A stretch of DNA of 64,000 nt from NCBI GenBank assembly GCA_044229975.1, contig JBGARZ010000015.1, positions 1-64,000 on the forward strand, written 5' to 3'. The notes beneath the pieces are model-generated. The model ran no database searches. It was not told the DNA's origin and was given only the letters and a program-made list of their open reading frames with translations. Position numbers and translations under genes: made by a program. This document shows positions 59,540-64,000 of the stretch, one piece after another. Each line of letters begins with the position of its first letter. Position 1 is the stretch's first letter. The DNA comes from Polyangiales bacterium (GTDB lineage Bacteria > Myxococcota_A > Polyangia > Polyangiales > Ga0077539).

Positions 59540-61048
59540 ATGGACGTTCGCAGACTCATCCGAAACATCTCGTCGCAGTGGATCTCGCTGGGAGCTCAGC
59601 TCCTCATCAGCGTGCTGATGACGCCCTTCATGGTGCGCCGGCTGGGCGACGTCGGGTACGGCATCGTCGTCCTCATCTCCGGTCTCGTCGGGTACTCCGG
59701 GATCCTCTACTTCGGCCTCGGGGCGGCGGTGGTGAAGTTCGTGGCCGAGCACCACGCCCGCGAGGACATGGACGAGCTCAACGCCACGTGCTCGACCATC
59801 CTCGGCGTGTACCTGGGCTTCGGGGTGCTGTGCCTCGCGCTGGCGCTCTGCCTCGTCGCGCCGCTGCCGCACCTCATGCACGTCCCCGCGGCGTACGCGG
59901 GCGACTCGCGGATCATGTTGCTGATGATGGGCGTCGGGCTGCTCGCGCAGTTTCCGGGCAGCGTCTACAGCGGCGTCCTGATGGGCCTCCAGCGCTTCGA
60001 CGTGATGAACAAGTACAACTTCGTGCTGCTCATCGTGCGGAGCGCGGCGGTGTTCACGGTGCTCGTCCGCCACCCGTCGGTGGTGCTGGTGAGCGCGGTC
60101 ACGATGGCCTCGCTCATCGCCGAGCAGGTGCTCGCGTGGCGCTACGCCCACCTGACGCTGCCGGGCCTCTCGCTCTCCCCGGCGCGCTTCGAGCGCTCGC
60201 GGCTGTCCAAGCTGTTCACCTTCTCGGCGCAGTCGTTCTTGTTCACGCTGTCCGAGAAGCTCATCAACTACACCGACGAGTTCGTCATCACGCAGGCCCG
60301 CGGGCCCGGCGCGGTGACGCTGTACGCGATCCCGCTGCGGCTGGTCGACTACGCGCGCGACGCGCTCGACAAGGCCACGCTGGTGCTGATGCCCGGCGTG
60401 TCCGAGCACGCCGCGAAGGGCGACCTCGAGGCGCTCAAGTCGATCTGGCGCTTCGGCAACAAGGCCATCATGTGCCTCGTGGCGCCGGTGGCGCTGGTGT
60501 TCCTGATGTGGGGCGGGCACGTGCTGACGCTGTGGCTCGACGCGGGCCACGGCACGCGCGGCATGCCCATCATGGTCTGGCTGGCCCTCGCCTTCGTCGC
60601 GCAGGTGGCGGGGCGCGGCATCGCGCGGCCGATCTTCGAGGGCCTGGGGGAGCTGTCGACGCCCGCCCGCATCACGATCATCGAGGGCGTGGTCAACCTG
60701 ATCCTCTCGGTGGTGCTGGTGCGCGTCTGGGGCCTGCCCGGCGTGGCGTTTGCGACGTTTGCGCCCGCGGCGGTGACGGGCCTCGTGGTGATGCCGTGGT
60801 TCGTCTGCAAGCGCCTCGGGACGTCGTACCTGAAGCACATGGGCAACACGTTCTTGCGCACGCTGCCGCCGCTGATTCCGTGCGTCGGGGTGCTGAAGCT
60901 GGCCGAGCGCTACGGGCTGCACCACGGGCTGCTGACCACGGCCGCGACGTGCATCACGGTGCTGGTGGTCTACGTGTTCTTCGCGTGGTGGATCACCTTC
61001 AAGGCCGAAGACCGACGCATCATCAAGGTGCGCCTCGGTCGGGGGTAG
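59540..61048 (+). CDS. Wzx-like oligosaccharide flippase
   Basis: About 12-14 TM helices; P...R.LG...YG N-terminal motif. Confidence 0.88.
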   Translation: MDVRRLIRNISSQWISLGAQLLISVLMTPFMVRRLGDVGYGIVVLISGLVGYSGILYFGLGAAVVKFVAEHHAREDMDELNATCSTILGVYLGFGVLCLALALCLVAPLPHLMHVPAAYAGDSRIMLLMMGVGLLAQFPGSVYSGVLMGLQRFDVMNKYNFVLLIVRSAAVFTVLVRHPSVVLVSAVTMASLIAEQVLAWRYAHLTLPGLSLSPARFERSRLSKLFTFSAQSFLFTLSEKLINYTDEFVITQARGPGAVTLYAIPLRLVDYARDALDKATLVLMPGVSEHAAKGDLEALKSIWRFGNKAIMCLVAPVALVFLMWGGHVLTLWLDAGHGTRGMPIMVWLALAFVAQVAGRGIARPIFEGLGELSTPARITIIEGVVNLILSVVLVRVWGLPGVAFATFAPAAVTGLVVMPWFVCKRLGTSYLKHMGNTFLRTLPPLIPCVGVLKLAERYGLHHGLLTTAATCITVLVVYVFFAWWITFKAEDRRIIKVRLGRG

Positions 61049-61054
61049 CGCCCC

Positions 61055-62251
61055 TCACCGCAGCTCGAACACCTCACCCGTGCGCGTCGAGGCCGCCCAG
61101 AGGCTCCCGCGGTGCGCCACCAGCGGTGCGCTCACCAGCGACGACGGCGTGTGCGTGAGCGACGGGTGCACGCCGACGTGCTCGGTGAAGTTCGCGCCGT
61201 CGCGGGTGCTGTGGAGCGCGCCGCGAGCCAGCACGTAGAGCACGTCGCCCGCCACGGCGAAGCTCTGCGGGGCGTCGAGGTACGCCGCGACCACGAAGCG
61301 CCGTCCGCCGTCGTCCGAGCGCAGCAGCGTCGTGCCCGAGTAGCGCTGCGCCACCGCGAACACCGACGTCCGCCAGAGCGCCCAGCGCAGCACATAGCCT
61401 TCGATGCCCTCCGCCTCGTGCACCGTCGGCGACGTGCCCGGTGACTCGATGCGGACGGCGCCAGGGCCGCGCGGTGACTCGGTGGCCGCGAGCACCGCGC
61501 CGTCGGGGAGCGTCAGCAGGTAGGTGAAGCGGAACACGCCGCGCGCGTCGGGGGAGGGGTGTTCGAGGACGCGCCGCCACGGGCGACCGGGACCGTCGTC
61601 GCGGAAGAGCGCCGCCGGAGCGACGTGGCCGATGTACGGGATGTCGCTCGGTGCATAGGCGCCGGTCGACGCGACGAGGCGACCGTCGGCGAGCCGGGCG
61701 GTGTCGAACACATGGTAGACGGCGGGGAGAACCTCGCGCTGGTGGCGGGCGAGGGTTCCGTCGGGGGAGGAGATGAAGACGTAGCCGTCGACGTCGAGGT
61801 CGAAGGCGAAGGGCAGCGCGTGGAAGGGCGCGTCGGCGTCGGGGACGACGAGCGTGTCGCCCCAGGCGTGGACGCGCGTGAAGCCCTGGCCGTCCCAGCG
61901 CAGGAGCTCGCGCGCAGAAGGTCCGTCGTCCCAGCGGTAGAGGGCGGCGCCGTCGACGCCGAGCGCGTCGATGGAGGCGGCCACGACGAGGCCGCGCGGG
62001 GTCGAAGCGAGGTCGCAGACCTGCGTGAACGGCGCGGGCAACGTGAAGCGACGCACCCACTGGACGCGCTCGCTGAAGGCCACGGCGGTGTCGGCGGACT
62101 CAGGGCGGGCGCGGACGGTGGCGCGCCAGCGGTCGTCGGTGCGGAGCGGGGTGCAGCCGCTCTGGAAGAGGGCGGCGAGGCGCAGGGCGAGGACGGTGGC
62201 GGTGACGGCGGAGGCTGCGATGCGCCACCGTGGGGTGCGTGGGGCTGGCAC
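61055..62251 (-). CDS. Hypothetical exported beta-propeller-like protein
   Basis: N-terminal hydrophobic segment; Asp-box motifs (RSDDGGRRF, STRDGANF). Confidence 0.65.
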   Translation of the reverse strand: MPAPRTPRWRIAASAVTATVLALRLAALFQSGCTPLRTDDRWRATVRARPESADTAVAFSERVQWVRRFTLPAPFTQVCDLASTPRGLVVAASIDALGVDGAALYRWDDGPSARELLRWDGQGFTRVHAWGDTLVVPDADAPFHALPFAFDLDVDGYVFISSPDGTLARHQREVLPAVYHVFDTARLADGRLVASTGAYAPSDIPYIGHVAPAALFRDDGPGRPWRRVLEHPSPDARGVFRFTYLLTLPDGAVLAATESPRGPGAVRIESPGTSPTVHEAEGIEGYVLRWALWRTSVFAVAQRYSGTTLLRSDDGGRRFVVAAYLDAPQSFAVAGDVLYVLARGALHSTRDGANFTEHVGVHPSLTHTPSSLVSAPLVAHRGSLWAASTRTGEVFELR

Positions 62252-62275
62252 CGCGCGGGTGTAGCATCGGTCGCG

Positions 62276-64000
62276 ATGCCGTACCGCGCGAGCGAGCTCA
62301 AGGCGCCGAAGGGGCCGCGGCGGAAGGTGCCGATGTGGCCGCTGTGGGGCCTCGCGGTGCTGCCCATCGGGGTCGCGGGGTTCGTCGTGGATACGCTGAC
62401 GGTGCCGCGGGGGCCGCGAGCCGTCGCGTTGCGGATGCCATATCCGGCGGTGGCCTGCGATCGGGTGGACGTGCTGGCCGAGCGTGCCGACGGGTCGCGC
62501 GACGTGATGTGTGGGTCGGTGCGGGAGACGCTGCCCGCGGAGGGCGCGGCGACGGTGGCGGCGGAGCGCTTCGATGGACGCGTGGTGTCGGCGACGCCGG
62601 TCGCGCGCGGTTGGGTCTTCGTGACGGAGGACGGGACCGTCACCCGCAGCGACCGCTTCACGGGGCCGTTGCGGCTGCTCGGGAGGGTTCCGTGCGTCGC
62701 GGTGAGAAGCCACTCGGTGGGTCGCGCGGTGGTGCTCGATGGACACGGCGACGTGTGGACCACCGACGGCGGTCCGCTGATGAAGTGGGAGCTGCCGCGG
62801 CGGGTGCGCTCGATCGCGTTCGATAGTGCGACCCACGGCGCGGTGGTGTTCGACCGCGGCGAGCTTCTGGTGACAGGCAACGCCGGTGGTGAGTGGACGC
62901 GCTTCGACCTCCAGGGCGCCGTCGCGGCACGGGTGACGGTCGACTACCGGGGCGTGCTTCAGGCGAGCACCACGGACGGGACACAGGCGATCGTCGGGCT
63001 CGGGGTGTCGGGCGCGGGTCGGTGCTTTGGGGACCAAGGGGTCGACTCGCCGGGCAGGTTCGGCCTGGGGACCGACGCGCGAGCGTCCGAGGCCAGCGCA
63101 CGGGCGCAGGAGATCTTCCGGGTGGGTACCTCCGACGATCGCTGCGAGCAGGTGGACGCGGCGCGGGGCCGGGCATCGAGCCTGGACTCTCATCGGTATC
63201 ACTGCGCCTTCAGCGGCACGCGACGAACGCCCGCTGGCGCACAGCGCGTAGCGCCGGATCCGTTGCGGTGGGTCCTCATGGAGACGGCGACCGAGCATGT
63301 AGAAGCAGAGGTCACGTCGGGCGCAGACAGCGCGCGGATCGTGCGCTTGATGTGGCGGGGGCGCGACGCGCGCGGCGCCTACACGGGGCAGTCGGGGCCG
63401 GCGCTCGTGGGGATGGCGAGCCCCCTGCCGGGACGAGGACTCTGGGTGGAAGCCGTGTCCCGCGATGGGCTGCTGCTGGATTCACCGAGCCACGACGTGT
63501 TGCTGTGGGCCCGGCGGGGAGGGCCGATCGGGTTACTCGCTGAGGTCCCCGACTGCCTGGAGACATTGACGGTGCTGGCCGTGGAGCGACCGGGCGGCGG
63601 CGTGGCCTGGGCGCGCTGGAATCAGCTCGGAGACGAGGCGATCGTCACGGCGCTGGAAGTGGGGCCCGATGGTGTGCTGCGACGGCGACGCAGCCTCGCG
63701 ATCCCACGGACCGAGACCGTCGGACTCGGGCGTTGGGACGGCGTCATGGGCGTGGTGGCGTGGTCTTCGCGGGAGTTCGCGGCGACGACCTTCTACCCGC
63801 TGGATGCTTCGCCCACGCGCGCTCTGCCTGCGTTGCCGCTGACGCCGCCGCGCGCGTGCGAGGCGCCCGCGGTCCCAGGCGGGTCGGCCATCACGCTCTG
63901 GCGCGCCGGCGTGCGCCACGCCTACGACATCCCGATGGAGGGTGCTGGCACCACCCAACACGGGCTCGTCGGCACCCGCTACGAGCTCGAAGTGACCGAC
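62276..64000 (+). CDS. Hypothetical membrane-anchored protein (runs off the window)
   Basis: MPYRASELK...WPLWGLAVLPIGVAG; frame open as far as I read it. Confidence 0.6.
   Translation, partial: MPYRASELKAPKGPRRKVPMWPLWGLAVLPIGVAGFVVDTLTVPRGPRAVALRMPYPAVACDRVDVLAERADGSRDVMCGSVRETLPAEGAATVAAERFDGRVVSATPVARGWVFVTEDGTVTRSDRFTGPLRLLGRVPCVAVRSHSVGRAVVLDGHGDVWTTDGGPLMKWELPRRVRSIAFDSATHGAVVFDRGELLVTGNAGGEWTRFDLQGAVAARVTVDYRGVLQASTTDGTQAIVGLGVSGAGRCFGDQGVDSPGRFGLGTDARASEASARAQEIFRVGTSDDRCEQVDAARGRASSLDSHRYHCAFSGTRRTPAGAQRVAPDPLRWVLMETATEHVEAEVTSGADSARIVRLMWRGRDARGAYTGQSGPALVGMASPLPGRGLWVEAVSRDGLLLDSPSHDVLLWARRGGPIGLLAEVPDCLETLTVLAVERPGGGVAWARWNQLGDEAIVTALEVGPDGVLRRRRSLAIPRTETVGLGRWDGVMGVVAWSSREFAATTFYPLDASPTRALPALPLTPPRACEAPAVPGGSAITLWRAGVRHAYDIPMEGAGTTQHGLVGTRYELEVTD

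Overview
Very GC-rich DNA that looks myxobacterial (MYXO-CTERM tail, AgmX/PglI-type domain, Ser/Thr kinase, Cys-rich lipoproteins). The backbone is mostly ordinary (recN, CorC/HlyC, AAA ATPase, phosphoesterases, feoAB, GT2 plus flippase). It has three accessory zones. (1) At 16.4-19.1 kb is an AT-richer, integrase-less integron-like remnant: one attC site, an attI-like site and a RelA/SpoT synthetase cassette, next to a stand-alone Rnl1-type RNA ligase. (2) At 34.8-50.2 kb is the most striking structure. An intact IS91/ISCR-type HUH rolling-circle transposase is followed by three direct copies of a 180-bp module ending in an oriIS-like motif. The copies separate kilobase-sized pieces of unrelated, often truncated genes. 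A second IS91-type remnant bounded by two outward-facing 54-bp ori-like repeats is nested inside, an IS1595 element sits in the third module, and a diverged duplication of the insertion locus brackets the whole. I infer a rolling-circle gene-capture array. (3) At 51.5-53.7 kb a group IIC intron sits in one arm of a 300-bp palindrome. No rRNA, tRNA or CRISPR array was seen. All product calls come from motif recognition by eye, not database searches.
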